A DNA stretch of 64,000 bases from an uncultured bacterium (GCA_964499705.1 CAZCME010000017.1:1-64000); one strand, 5' to 3'. Numbered from the stretch's first letter, positions 1-9,855 are shown. Numbers and translations: made by a program. Notes: generated by a model not told the origin, from the sequence alone.

Positions 1-133
1 ACTTCATCCCCGTCGCCGTCAACGCCTCAGGCACCGTGATCGTCTGCGGCGCGAAGGTATCGTCGGCCAGGACGCTGCCGCAGACCAATAGAATGAGAGC
101 GCAGGAGAAAGCTGACAGGTAACGCACAGTCAC
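1..133 (-). CDS. Secreted protein, 5' end only (runs off the window)
   Basis: GTG at 133 opens MTVRYLSAFSCALILLVCGSVLA-DDTFAPQ..., a signal-peptide-like N-terminus. It starts 12 nt downstream of the stop of the 1426-aa gene, and the frame is open to the window edge. Confidence 0.55.
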   Translation of the reverse strand, partial: MTVRYLSAFSCALILLVCGSVLADDTFAPQTITVPEALTATGMK

Positions 134-145
134 TGCCGAATCTGC

Positions 146-3100
146 TTACTTCCCATACTCTTCCCCCATCTTGAAGAGGTCTGCCGCATCTATTTTTCCA
201 TCCGGCGGTGGCGCCACGTCAAACGCGGGATCGAACAATGCCGGCTTTCCATACCGCCCCATGATCATCTCAACGTCCGCGCGTCCGACTCGGCCGTCGC
301 CGCTGAAATCGGCGCGCGGCGTTACTCGGATCGCGCGAAACGTGTCCGCGCCGGTCCACCCCGAAACGTTTCCGGCGGAATCCTCCGCCGCGGCGCGCCA
401 GTACCAGGTGCCGCCGGGAATCCCTGACAACGCGACCGAATTGGAGCTGGAATACGAATCGAACGCGAGCGAGACAAATGATCCGGCGGAATCGATCTGG
501 ATTCGATACCGGCGAACTCCTGCCAGCGTATCGACCGACGCCGTGACGCGAAACGCTATCGGGTCGGCGGTAGTATCTTCGCCAGCGAAGGGTGAAATCT
601 TCGGCGTCGGCGTCGAGGGCGGCATCGTATCGAGAAGGATCGCGCGGATCGAAGTCGCCCTGCTGTTGTTCGCGTAATCTGTCGCGACGACATACCAGAA
701 GTACGTCTTCGTGCCCGCCAGCCGCACATCGATCCGGTTCGCGGACGCGGCAATCGTCGTGTCGAGGATGATCCCTGTCTTGCAGAACGTATCCGTGGAG
801 ATCCGGGCGCGGTACTTCCACACGCCCGATCGCGTGTCGGTCGTGAAATTCCACCGGAGCGAAATCGTGGCTGCGCCCGTGCAATGCGAGTCGCCGGGCA
901 AAAGAAGCGTGAAGCTGGCGGGCGGCACCGTGTCCCGAAGGCCCGGTGTCAGATCCACCGTGAATCGGAACCACGCGGATGTATCGCGGTTCCCCGCGTT
1001 ATCTTGCGCCATGATCCGCCAATAGTAGACGCGTGCCGCGAGCGACGTCGCCGCCTGTCGCGACGTTGCATTCACTGTCGCCTGCTCGATCAGGGACCCT
1101 CCCGACGAATCCGCGCGCAATTCCAGCGTGAACGTATCGCCTCCGGCCGAGAGCGCGTCCACGCTCCAAAGAAGCACCGGTCTTGTCTCCGTAGTCGTCG
1201 AGGAATCACCCGGTGAAAACAGCGTCACCGCGACGGATGTGTCGATCCGGATCGTTCTCGTGTCGGAATACGCGAAGCTCCCGCTCTCGTTCGTCACGCG
1301 GATCCGGATGTTGTACAACCCCGCAGAAAGCGACACGGCGCCGCTCGTCGACGTACCCGTCGAAGAATCCAGCAGCAAAGCGGAGAATGTCCCGGCAGTC
1401 TCAACCTGGATACAGTACTGCGTGATAGCCCAAAATGAATCCGTGCTCGCCGTCCAGGCGAAGAGAATCTGCGTCGATTGCGTCTCGGCGTTGTTGGCGG
1501 GCAGCAGAAAAGACGGAACCGTCGGGCCGCCGCCCCGCAACGTCACGCGCCGCGAATCCGAATTGGATAAGTTCCCGAGCTGATCCACCGCGAGGACGCG
1601 CCAGAGAAAGTTGGCGCCCGCCGCGAAGGTTCGGGAAGCGGCCGTCGAATCGCCCGTCGCCGAATCGACGAAGGGCGCAGCAAAGCTTCCCGCGGTATCG
1701 CACTGGAGCCGAAAAAAGCTGAATCCCGCTCCGGTATCGATAGTCGCGTTCCAGGCGAATCGGATCGTCGTCGCGGTCGTCTCTGTCAAGTTCGCGGGCG
1801 AGGCGAGGATGACTGTCGCCGGCGGCGCCGTGTCGATTACGATGAATCGCGCGGAGGACGCCGCCGTGTTCAAGGCGTTATCGATCGCGACGACGCGCCA
1901 GTAGTACGTGTCGTTCGCTGCCAGTGTTCGCGAAGCGCTCGTTGAGAAGACAAGCGAGTCGACGAGGAGCGACGTGAAGAGTCCGGATGTATCGAACTGG
2001 AGCCGGAACGTATCGACGCCTGATCCCGTGTCGCTCGACGTCCAGGAAAAGGTCACGAACACGTTGGTCGTCTCGTGAGCCGCCGCGGGCGCCGAAAGCG
2101 CGATCGAGGGCGGCGTCGTGTCCGTCACAAACCGGAACGCCGAGTTGATCGTCGTTGTGTTGCCCGCGTTATCGGTCGCGATGACGCGCCAGAAGAAACT
2201 GTCGTTGGACGGAGGAAAAACCAGGAAGAAAGTGTCGGTAAATCCGGATGAATCGACGACGTTCGAGACGAAACTTCCCGCCGTGTCCACCTGAACGCGA
2301 TATCGTACAGGCGGCGACGAATCATCGGCCGCATTCGACCATTGGAGAAGAAACGATGCGGCGCTCGTCTCCGCGCGGTCCACCGGCGCGGTCGCGAAGA
2401 AGGCGACCGGCCCCGTCGTATCGATATAGAGTATCCGGAAGGAATCGGGAACACCGGTCGAAATCGAGACATTCCCGGCGGTATCGTACGCGAGCACTCT
2501 CCAGAAGTACGTGTCCGGAGCCGACCTTGTGCTGAGATGATCCGTGTCTCCGGGCTGCAGCACGACGGATTCCAGAGGGCTGACGAATCCGCCGCCCGTG
2601 TCCACCTGGACGATGTAATACGCAAGGCCCGATATCGTGTCGATCGAGGCCGTCCACGCGAGCGTCACCGGCGTTATGAACGTGTCGCCATTCTTCCGCA
2701 TCAGAACGCTCTGCGTCGGCGGCGCTTGATCGATCCGGAAGAGCGAATCGCCGGCGGTCCGCTTATTGCCATAGGTGTCGGTCGCGATGACGCGCCAGCG
2801 ATAGGTGTCGCTGGATAAAAATGTCACGGTGGCAGACAAACCGCTGATCGTCGTCTCCACAAGTAGAGCCCCCGCCATGTCGGAATCGACGACGAGCGTA
2901 TACGTCAGCGGAGGCGAGGAATCCGACGAGGTCGACCAGGAAAAGGTGATCTGAAGCTGGTTTGTGTCGAGCCCGTTCGGGGGCGCCAGGAGCGCGAACG
3001 ACGTTGGAAAGGAAATCTCCCCCGTCGTCCCCGCCTCCTGGAGATCGGAATAGAAGGATTGATTCTCCATCGATGCGGAATCGACGGCCGTCACCCGGTA

Positions 3101-4426
3101 GAAATGCTCCGTGGCGGGCGACAACGGGGAATCGACGTGCGCGAACGTTGTGGCCCCGAGAGCAGCGATCTGGTACCAGGACGAGGTATCGCGGCTGAGC
3201 GACCGGAACAGCCTGTATCCCGCGGGCGCGACAAACGGCGCCGACTCCTCCGAAGCGGACGAGGCGGACCAGGTGACGCGAAGCGAGACGGTGTCCACGG
3301 CGATCACCGCGAGCGTATCGGGCGCCCGAGGCGCGACGGTATCGATGCCGATCGTTGTGTCGATCGTCCCGAGACGGAATGGAGTGTATTCGACAGTGAA
3401 CCGGCCCGTGCCCCGGATCTTCGAGAAGACCTGCCGCGTATCGATCGTGTTCCACCAGTTCCTGCGCAGGTCGATACCGGAAAAAGCGTTCACGAGAAAT
3501 GCGGAATCCAGCGACGCGCCCGCTCCGAAGGAATAGTTCTTCCGGAATTGAACCTGGGAGCAGGCCGTGTCCAGGCTGAATCCGTAGGACGCGTTCATAG
3601 CCGCGATATTCTGCGAGAAAGTGCAGAATCGGACCGCTGTCAGCTGGAATCCGTTCACCGTGTTCGACTGGCCGATGTTTCCGCGCACGGCCAGCGATGT
3701 GCAATTGAGAAAGTTGAAGCCCGACAAAGCATTCGCGAACGAGATGTTGTTCTCCAGCACGTGATTCACACCTGTTTCGACGGCGACGCCGAAGAGCCCG
3801 CAACCCTGAATGAAAAGATTCGAGAGCGTGATCCCCACGGTCGATTCCAGCTTCACTCCGTTCTTGGAGGGCGACTGCACTGTGCTCCAGGAGATCCTGT
3901 TTCCCGACGAACCGCTGTCCAGCAGGAACGCATGGTTCCCCGCATTCCTCACGCCGACACGTTCGACCGCTGACTGCCCCACCGTCCGCCACCAGATCCC
4001 GTTGAACGCGTTCTGAACGGAGAAATCCCGGAAGAGCATGCGCATCGCATTCTCCACGAAGATCGCGCGCGCGCCGGACGACGACGAGTCGGCGAAGTCG
4101 ATGATGGTGGAACGCGAGTCCATGCCGAGGATCGCAACGTCGCTCGCAAGGATCACGACGGTGTCGGGTTCCGGGTAATACCCCGAATCCACGAGGATCG
4201 TGTCGCCCGCGGCGACGAGCGTGTCGAGATCGTTCAGGAACCTCTTCGGAGTCGCAGGCGTGAGGCCATTGTTCGCCGTGGCGCCGACGGCGGAGGTGAA
4301 GGAATCTCCCACGGTGGAGTTGTCGTTGACATACCAGAGCGCCGCGCGAGCCGGACTCGCGGACGCGCCAAGAAAGGCGAAGACCAAGGCCGGGAGAAAC
4401 CAGCGAGAGGGAGTCCGTAGCTTCAT
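146..4426 (-). CDS. Large secreted surface protein: right-handed beta-helix, FN3/Ig-like tandem repeats, C-terminal dockerin-like duplicated Ca-binding loop
   Basis: Signal peptide (..ASPARA). N-terminal beta-helix repeats (NGxxGF..N). About nine ~100-aa repeats with WRVxAxDxAGN / FxLQxDTxGxF motifs. C-terminal ADFSGDGRVGRADV...DGKIDAADL. Confidence 0.8.
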   Translation of the reverse strand: MKLRTPSRWFLPALVFAFLGASASPARAALWYVNDNSTVGDSFTSAVGATANNGLTPATPKRFLNDLDTLVAAGDTILVDSGYYPEPDTVVILASDVAILGMDSRSTIIDFADSSSSGARAIFVENAMRMLFRDFSVQNAFNGIWWRTVGQSAVERVGVRNAGNHAFLLDSGSSGNRISWSTVQSPSKNGVKLESTVGITLSNLFIQGCGLFGVAVETGVNHVLENNISFANALSGFNFLNCTSLAVRGNIGQSNTVNGFQLTAVRFCTFSQNIAAMNASYGFSLDTACSQVQFRKNYSFGAGASLDSAFLVNAFSGIDLRRNWWNTIDTRQVFSKIRGTGRFTVEYTPFRLGTIDTTIGIDTVAPRAPDTLAVIAVDTVSLRVTWSASSASEESAPFVAPAGYRLFRSLSRDTSSWYQIAALGATTFAHVDSPLSPATEHFYRVTAVDSASMENQSFYSDLQEAGTTGEISFPTSFALLAPPNGLDTNQLQITFSWSTSSDSSPPLTYTLVVDSDMAGALLVETTISGLSATVTFLSSDTYRWRVIATDTYGNKRTAGDSLFRIDQAPPTQSVLMRKNGDTFITPVTLAWTASIDTISGLAYYIVQVDTGGGFVSPLESVVLQPGDTDHLSTRSAPDTYFWRVLAYDTAGNVSISTGVPDSFRILYIDTTGPVAFFATAPVDRAETSAASFLLQWSNAADDSSPPVRYRVQVDTAGSFVSNVVDSSGFTDTFFLVFPPSNDSFFWRVIATDNAGNTTTINSAFRFVTDTTPPSIALSAPAAAHETTNVFVTFSWTSSDTGSGVDTFRLQFDTSGLFTSLLVDSLVFSTSASRTLAANDTYYWRVVAIDNALNTAASSARFIVIDTAPPATVILASPANLTETTATTIRFAWNATIDTGAGFSFFRLQCDTAGSFAAPFVDSATGDSTAASRTFAAGANFLWRVLAVDQLGNLSNSDSRRVTLRGGGPTVPSFLLPANNAETQSTQILFAWTASTDSFWAITQYCIQVETAGTFSALLLDSSTGTSTSGAVSLSAGLYNIRIRVTNESGSFAYSDTRTIRIDTSVAVTLFSPGDSSTTTETRPVLLWSVDALSAGGDTFTLELRADSSGGSLIEQATVNATSRQAATSLAARVYYWRIMAQDNAGNRDTSAWFRFTVDLTPGLRDTVPPASFTLLLPGDSHCTGAATISLRWNFTTDTRSGVWKYRARISTDTFCKTGIILDTTIAASANRIDVRLAGTKTYFWYVVATDYANNSRATSIRAILLDTMPPSTPTPKISPFAGEDTTADPIAFRVTASVDTLAGVRRYRIQIDSAGSFVSLAFDSYSSSNSVALSGIPGGTWYWRAAAEDSAGNVSGWTGADTFRAIRVTPRADFSGDGRVGRADVEMIMGRYGKPALFDPAFDVAPPPDGKIDAADLFKMGEEYGK

Positions 4427-4497
4427 CGTCGCTACGCGTCCCCCCCCCGGATCACCTCGCGGGGAGCAGCGCGCTGCCCATCAACGACGATCCACCC

Positions 4498-4767
4498 TTA
4501 TTTCTTCTCCACGTAGAACTTGATGGCGGTCTTTTCCGCGCCGTCGATGTCGACGTCGACGAAGGCCGGCTTGCAGACGAGATCGATCCCATTGGGAGCG
4601 ACGTAGCCGCGGGCGATGGCGATGGCCTTGACCGCCTGGTTGATGGCGCCCGCGCCGATAGCCTGCATCTCCGCCCGACCGCTCTCCCTCATGATGCTGG
4701 CCAATGCTCCGGCGACCGAAGCCGGGTTCGATTTGGCTGATACCTTCAGAACCGTCAAAGCTGCCAT
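4498..4767 (-). CDS. spoVS: Stage V sporulation protein S family protein (89 aa)
   Basis: LKVSAKSNPASVAGALA...QAIGAGAINQAVKAIAIARG...CKPAF is the SpoVS signature. The start ATG at 4767 follows a GGAGGT SD; the ORF-track start at 5058 is too long. Confidence 0.93.
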   Translation of the reverse strand: MAALTVLKVSAKSNPASVAGALASIMRESGRAEMQAIGAGAINQAVKAIAIARGYVAPNGIDLVCKPAFVDVDIDGAEKTAIKFYVEKK

Positions 4768-5618
4768 ACCTCCTGCAATCGTTCGATCGAAAGTGCGCGT
4801 CCGTTGCTGTATCTGACCTTCACGAGAACTCCGTTCATCTCCACTTCGCCCGCGCGCGCCACCTCGTAACGGCGCGAAACACCGGTCAAAAGCTTCTCGA
4901 TGATGATCTTCTTGCTCATACCTATAACAGAATCCGTCGGTCCTGTCATCCCCGCATCTGAAATATACGCGGTTCCGCCCGGGAGCACTTTTTCGTCCGC
5001 GGTCTGAACATGCGTGTGCGTGCCGATGACGGCCGATACGCGGCCGTTCAGATACCACCCCATCGCCTGCTTTTCGGACGTCGCCTCCGCGTGGAAATCG
5101 ACGATCGAGACGTGCGTCCTCCTGCCGACCTCGGCGAGCGCGGTCTCCACGGAATCGAACGGAGACCCGGCCAGGAGATGCGGATCCATGAAGACGCGCC
5201 CCATGAGATTGATGACTCCGATCTCATGACCCGTGCGGCCACGAAAAACTCCGCAGCCGGAACCAGGCGTGCGTTTCGGAAAATTCGCGGGGCGCACGAG
5301 CCTTTTCCCGGATCCGAAGAGCTTGAAGACATCCTTCTTCGCCCAGATGTGGTTGCCCGATGTGAAGACGTCCACCCCGGCGTCATCGAGTTCCTTGTAG
5401 GCGTCGATCGTCAGTCCGCTACCGCCGGCGGCGTTCTCCACGTTCGCGATGATCAGTTCCGGCCGATACTTCGCGGCCCAGGAGTCCAGCTTCTGAGCAA
5501 CCGCACGGCGGCCGGGGCGGCCCACGATGTCGCCGATGAACATGATGGATACGAACCGGGATGGCTTGGTGTCCAGGGCGTCGGATGACCTGACTGCATC
5601 GGCGATGATCATGAGCAT
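4755..5618 (-). CDS. ymdB: YmdB/TIGR00282-family metallophosphoesterase (2',3'-cyclic nucleotide phosphodiesterase)
   Basis: FIGDIVG, ANVENAAGG, TSGNHIW, DFHAEATSEK, GTHTHVQT and DAGMTG motifs; lies directly upstream of spoVS. Exact start uncertain. Confidence 0.92.
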   Translation of the reverse strand: MLMIIADAVRSSDALDTKPSRFVSIMFIGDIVGRPGRRAVAQKLDSWAAKYRPELIIANVENAAGGSGLTIDAYKELDDAGVDVFTSGNHIWAKKDVFKLFGSGKRLVRPANFPKRTPGSGCGVFRGRTGHEIGVINLMGRVFMDPHLLAGSPFDSVETALAEVGRRTHVSIVDFHAEATSEKQAMGWYLNGRVSAVIGTHTHVQTADEKVLPGGTAYISDAGMTGPTDSVIGMSKKIIIEKLLTGVSRRYEVARAGEVEMNGVLVKVRYSNGRALSIERLQEVWQL

Positions 5619-5621
5619 GGA

Positions 5622-5653
5622 ATCTTACAGCGATCGTTCGCCGCCTGTAAGAT
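5622..5653. promoter_or_regulatory. Inverted repeat between divergent genes (possible operator or back-to-back -10 elements)
   Basis: ATCTTACAG-N14-CTGTAAGAT; each arm reads TAAGAT outward toward one of the divergent genes. Confidence 0.3.
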
Positions 5654-5728
5654 GAAATTTTCCGCAAAGACCCGAATATTCGCTATTCTTTGGCCGCCTG
5701 CGGGACGGATACCTTGGGAGGATAGGCA

Positions 5729-6520
5729 TTGAGCGAATCGGAGAATATGGGAAAGCGGACGGAACAATCACCCGATCGGGACCGGTCGCGCGCCCTTCTC
5801 GGCCGGCTGGGCCTCCTCCTGGCCGTTATTGCCGGAGCCTATGCGGCCTTCACATACATCTCCCGCCGCTATTTCGAGCCGAATCTCACGATCGAAAGCG
5901 TGCAGGCCGTCGAAGAATCCGTCGGAATCGGCGAGCCCGTGAAGTTCGGATTCAAGGTGTCCAATGACCGCTGGGGAGACGGCTCCGCTTTTGCCGTGCT
6001 GGTGATCGAAGGCGAAACGGAGATCGAAGGACCGGTCACCACCGTCCCGGCGCGCGAAAATGCGGACGTCATGGTGGAAGCTGTGCTGAAGCCCGGCTGG
6101 CGCACGGGCAGTCTCATCCTGTATGACGCCGGCCGCGACAACACGCTCATCGAAACGAAGAGCGGCCTTCCCGTGCGCGTGGGTTCCACCGATATCGTCG
6201 TCACGGCCGTGAACTATCCGGCGACCGCGCGGCGCGGCGAGACCGTCACGATCTCCATCGAGGTCTCGAACCGGACCGGTGCGATGGATGCGCGGCTGGT
6301 GCCGATTGTCGTCGTGCTGACGGAAAAAGCCGAGGAGGTCGCCGAAACCGACGGCCGCGCTTTCCTGTTGCCTGCCGGGGCGGATACGACGGTGAAGCTG
6401 GCGATGCCTACGCGCAAGCTGGAGAAGAACGACTATTTTCTCGCGGTCATCATGACGGATCCCGCCACCGGCAAAAAAATCGGCCAGGCCAAGTACCGGC
6501 AACCCTTGAGAATCAGATAG
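5729..6520 (+). CDS. Membrane-anchored hypothetical protein with two Ig/CARDB-like domains
   Basis: TTG start after GGGAGG; one N-terminal TM helix; two beta-rich repeats (GEPVKFGFKVSN / GETVTISIEVSN). Confidence 0.65.
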   Translation: MSESENMGKRTEQSPDRDRSRALLGRLGLLLAVIAGAYAAFTYISRRYFEPNLTIESVQAVEESVGIGEPVKFGFKVSNDRWGDGSAFAVLVIEGETEIEGPVTTVPARENADVMVEAVLKPGWRTGSLILYDAGRDNTLIETKSGLPVRVGSTDIVVTAVNYPATARRGETVTISIEVSNRTGAMDARLVPIVVVLTEKAEEVAETDGRAFLLPAGADTTVKLAMPTRKLEKNDYFLAVIMTDPATGKKIGQAKYRQPLRIR

Positions 6521-8554
6521 CTATCGGTATTCGTTCATGAAGCGGTCGGGAACCAGCTTCAGATCCCGCGCAAAGAGCGCGTTGCGCGCTTTGTACTCGT
6601 CGAACTCCGCGAGCAATTCCTTTCGCTTCGCCTCGTCCTCGACCGGCTCGATGTTCATCCTGTCCTTCACGTCGTAGAGCACATCCTCGTCCAGAAAATA
6701 CAATCCGGAAATATAATGGCGGAGATCGCCTATGGTCTGCTTCATCGGATATCGGTGAACATTCCGGAAGGCGATCGAGGTGTCGAGCCCGGATCCGACC
6801 CAGGGGACCGCCGTCGGAACGCGGAGCCCGTAGTTGTTGCGGAGGAAGGCCGTCAGCGAAGGGGCCAGGTCGAGATGCGAGGAGATGGACTTGAACGAAA
6901 CCGCGCGCTTCAGGAGCGGCGAGAAGATGATGAGCGGCACATGATACCGGTCGATCCGCGTCGACATCGGGATCTCCGGCAGGCGATGGTCGCCCGTGAT
7001 GATGAAGATCGTGTTGGCGTAGGCGGGCCGTTTTTCGAATGCGCCGAAGTACTCCCGCAACGCGTCATCCGTGTAGAGAATGGTGGAGAAGATATGCTTG
7101 CTGTTATTCCGCTCCTCTTTCTCCGAGGAGGATAATCGCAGCTTCGCGATGCGTTCGTCCACCCGCCGGAAGTACTCGGACTGTCCCGGCACGGCGTATG
7201 GCGTGTGCATGCTCATGGTCTGGATGACGGTGACGAAGGGCTGCCGTTTATCGCGAGCGTCGACATCCAGCGCCTTCATCAGGACTTCCCGGTCCGCATA
7301 TCCCCAGCTCGCTCCGCTCGAAGCCCGCCCCGGGCTTCTTGCGAATTTACTGTCCATGTCATTCATGCCCACCATCAGATCCAGTCCCTGGCGCTTGAGA
7401 AACGCGCGCTGGTTGTCGAAGTCGAGATCGAATCCCCCGATGAACGCGGAACGGTATCCATTTACCTTCAGGACGCTCAGGAGGGAATGATGCGGGGGCA
7501 TGCGCTCTCCGAGATCGTTGAATCCCTTTTCCCCGAAGGGAAGCGAGCCGAACATGGAGGGCAAAGCGGCGAATGTCCTCCCCTGCGCGGCGAGGAAATT
7601 CTCCCAGGTCAGGCTCTTCGCCCCCAGCTCGTCCAGGAAAGGCGTGAAGCTGCCGAGAGACGCGCGCGGACCGCTGAAGGCGCGTCCCAGTCCCTCGACG
7701 GAGAGGAAGACGAAGTTCGGCGGATGAGCGGGATCGATGCGAAAGTATGTTCCCAGGGCATCCGACGTCTCGTCGGCGCGGAGAAAGGGATATTCCGGAT
7801 CGAGATATTTGAATCCATCCTTGCCGGCGGTAATCGTTCCTTCCGCGCCGGACGCGCCGGCTCCTCTCAGGAAATAATCGCGGGATTTCACCGTGAAGAA
7901 CGCCAGCTTATTGACAGCCATGTTCCAGGCGAGCTCCCTGCGATAGGCGGCGCCGTCCGGCATCGCGTCGAGCCCGCAGGCCGCGACTCCCGCCGCCAGC
8001 AACGCGAGCGCCACGCGGGGCCCGGCAATCGGACCGCGGTTGAATCGAGCCGCCAGGAACCAGAGCGACGCGAGCGGGACGATCAAAAGCGCAATCGAGA
8101 TGAGATCGACGCCTCCGCCGGTGCGGATTGTCGTGAGGATATCCCGGAAGGAATACCCGTAGAGATCGGCGCCCAGGGGCGTGAGCGCGGTGATGAAATA
8201 CTTCACGAGCGCGAACTGGAGCAGCATCACGGGGGTGGCGAGAAGAAGGAATCCACGGACACGAATCGTCGGTGACGCAGTCCGAAGGCTGAGGAGACAG
8301 AACGGCACCAGGAGTACCGGGAGCATGCGCAGGTAGAAGGCGCCATCCCCCAGGAACGCGTGCATCAGGACCCTTGGAAATTCTCCGGGCAGCTTCACAC
8401 TCGCGGCCACGGCGGCGAACTCCAGGATGCGCATCACGATCATGGCCGCCAGGAGCGCGAACGACATGTTGATGAATGTTACCGAGGTCTCCAGGAGACA
8501 CGCGGGCGTTGGCGATCGATTTCCGCGATGCCCCTGATCTGAGGGCTGATCCAT
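6521..8554 (-). CDS. LTA synthase / phosphoglycerol-phosphoethanolamine transferase family (sulfatase fold) membrane protein
   Basis: About 5 N-terminal TM helices, then SVEGL, GRTF (Thr nucleophile), MSMHTPY and TGDH motifs. Start set at ATG 8554, which overlaps the upstream TAA (TAATG). Confidence 0.85.
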   Translation of the reverse strand: MDQPSDQGHRGNRSPTPACLLETSVTFINMSFALLAAMIVMRILEFAAVAASVKLPGEFPRVLMHAFLGDGAFYLRMLPVLLVPFCLLSLRTASPTIRVRGFLLLATPVMLLQFALVKYFITALTPLGADLYGYSFRDILTTIRTGGGVDLISIALLIVPLASLWFLAARFNRGPIAGPRVALALLAAGVAACGLDAMPDGAAYRRELAWNMAVNKLAFFTVKSRDYFLRGAGASGAEGTITAGKDGFKYLDPEYPFLRADETSDALGTYFRIDPAHPPNFVFLSVEGLGRAFSGPRASLGSFTPFLDELGAKSLTWENFLAAQGRTFAALPSMFGSLPFGEKGFNDLGERMPPHHSLLSVLKVNGYRSAFIGGFDLDFDNQRAFLKRQGLDLMVGMNDMDSKFARSPGRASSGASWGYADREVLMKALDVDARDKRQPFVTVIQTMSMHTPYAVPGQSEYFRRVDERIAKLRLSSSEKEERNNSKHIFSTILYTDDALREYFGAFEKRPAYANTIFIITGDHRLPEIPMSTRIDRYHVPLIIFSPLLKRAVSFKSISSHLDLAPSLTAFLRNNYGLRVPTAVPWVGSGLDTSIAFRNVHRYPMKQTIGDLRHYISGLYFLDEDVLYDVKDRMNIEPVEDEAKRKELLAEFDEYKARNALFARDLKLVPDRFMNEYR

Positions 8555-9855
8555 TACCAGCGCGCGGAGAGGCTCGCAGATATGCCGCGTTCGACAAAGT
8601 CGTTCTTGTCGTCGGAGTATGCGTATCCGAATTTGAATCCGATGTGCGGTGTCAGGTATCTGCTGATCGACGCTCCGACTGACCGACTCTGAGTCTTCTC
8701 GACGCTGTAGCCGTCGCGGCGGATCTGGCCTCCATGACCCGCTCCCGCATATGCCTCCAGGTAATCGTCGCCGTTGCCGGCGTAATACCATCGCACCATG
8801 GTCCGGTGGGAAATTCCCAGCGTCGGCGTCGATGGGATGAAGCTCGTCTTGTGGCGTATGTAGAAATTGCCGATATATTTCCCGAGCCCGGCGGCATAGA
8901 TGTCGACATCGCTCTCTCCGAACTGCAGATGATCGTAACTACCGGACATTTCCCACCCTTTTCCGAATCCCTGAAAGAGCTCCACCCGGTCGGAATAATC
9001 CGGATACAGCCTGTTATCCGGCGAATACTGGTACCTGAGATTGGCGTAGGCTCTCTTCCAGAGATCGATATAAGCGTCGAAGGCGATCGCGTCGTCGACC
9101 GTTGCAAAGTGATCCTCGGAGAGATACTCGACGGCCAGTGAACCGAAGTCCCAGTGGCGGCGGATCGAGATGCTGTAGTCGTCCCACTTGTCCTTTCGCT
9201 CCGGGGAAAACTCGCTCATGCCGTATGACGCGCTCATGGACCAATGAAATCCCTCCGGCACGACCGCTTCCGGATTCTGGCGCTTTTCTTTCAGAGAAGC
9301 GTTGAATCCGTCTATCTCGTCGCCTTTGGCGCCGCGCGCTCGAGCTGCCTCGAAGTCCGCTCTTGCTTTCGTAAAATCTCCCGATGTCCGAAACGCCTTG
9401 CCCCGCGCAATGTACGCATTCGGATCGTCCGGCTTCGACTCGATCCAGCGACCGTACGCGGCGGCGGCTTCGGACGGACGATCGCTCCAGCTGTACATAT
9501 CCCCGAGCGCCGACCAGGCGTCGGCATAACCGGGCGAACGGGATGTCACGGCGGAGAGATCGGCTTCCGCCTCCTTCCAGCGCCCTTCCCACGAATAGAC
9601 GCGGCCTCGACCCAGCAGAACATCGGAGTTGGTCGGACTTTTCGCAAGCAGTTCGGAATAGAGCCGGATCGCTTCATCGCGATGACCGGAAAAAGAGAGG
9701 ACACGCGCCAGCTTGTACTTGGGTTCGTACGCGGAGGAATCCTCCTCCAGCACGGCGCGATAATAACGGGCCGCTTCCGCATGATCGCCACGGGAGGCCG
9801 CCGAATCGCCGTCGGCCATGGACGCGATGACACCCCATATCAGTATCGTCAGCAT
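8554..9855 (-). CDS. TPR + YaiO-family outer-membrane beta-barrel protein
   Basis: Signal peptide, TPR repeats, then aromatic/Gly-rich amphipathic beta strands (FDAYIDLW..YANLRYQYS..LYP). C-terminal beta-signal SLSARW. Confidence 0.8.
   Translation of the reverse strand: MLTILIWGVIASMADGDSAASRGDHAEAARYYRAVLEEDSSAYEPKYKLARVLSFSGHRDEAIRLYSELLAKSPTNSDVLLGRGRVYSWEGRWKEAEADLSAVTSRSPGYADAWSALGDMYSWSDRPSEAAAAYGRWIESKPDDPNAYIARGKAFRTSGDFTKARADFEAARARGAKGDEIDGFNASLKEKRQNPEAVVPEGFHWSMSASYGMSEFSPERKDKWDDYSISIRRHWDFGSLAVEYLSEDHFATVDDAIAFDAYIDLWKRAYANLRYQYSPDNRLYPDYSDRVELFQGFGKGWEMSGSYDHLQFGESDVDIYAAGLGKYIGNFYIRHKTSFIPSTPTLGISHRTMVRWYYAGNGDDYLEAYAGAGHGGQIRRDGYSVEKTQSRSVGASISRYLTPHIGFKFGYAYSDDKNDFVERGISASLSARW

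Noticed and set aside
4498-4767. spoVS as evidence of endospore formation
   Set aside because: SpoVS occurs in non-sporulating phyla, and no other sporulation genes are present here.
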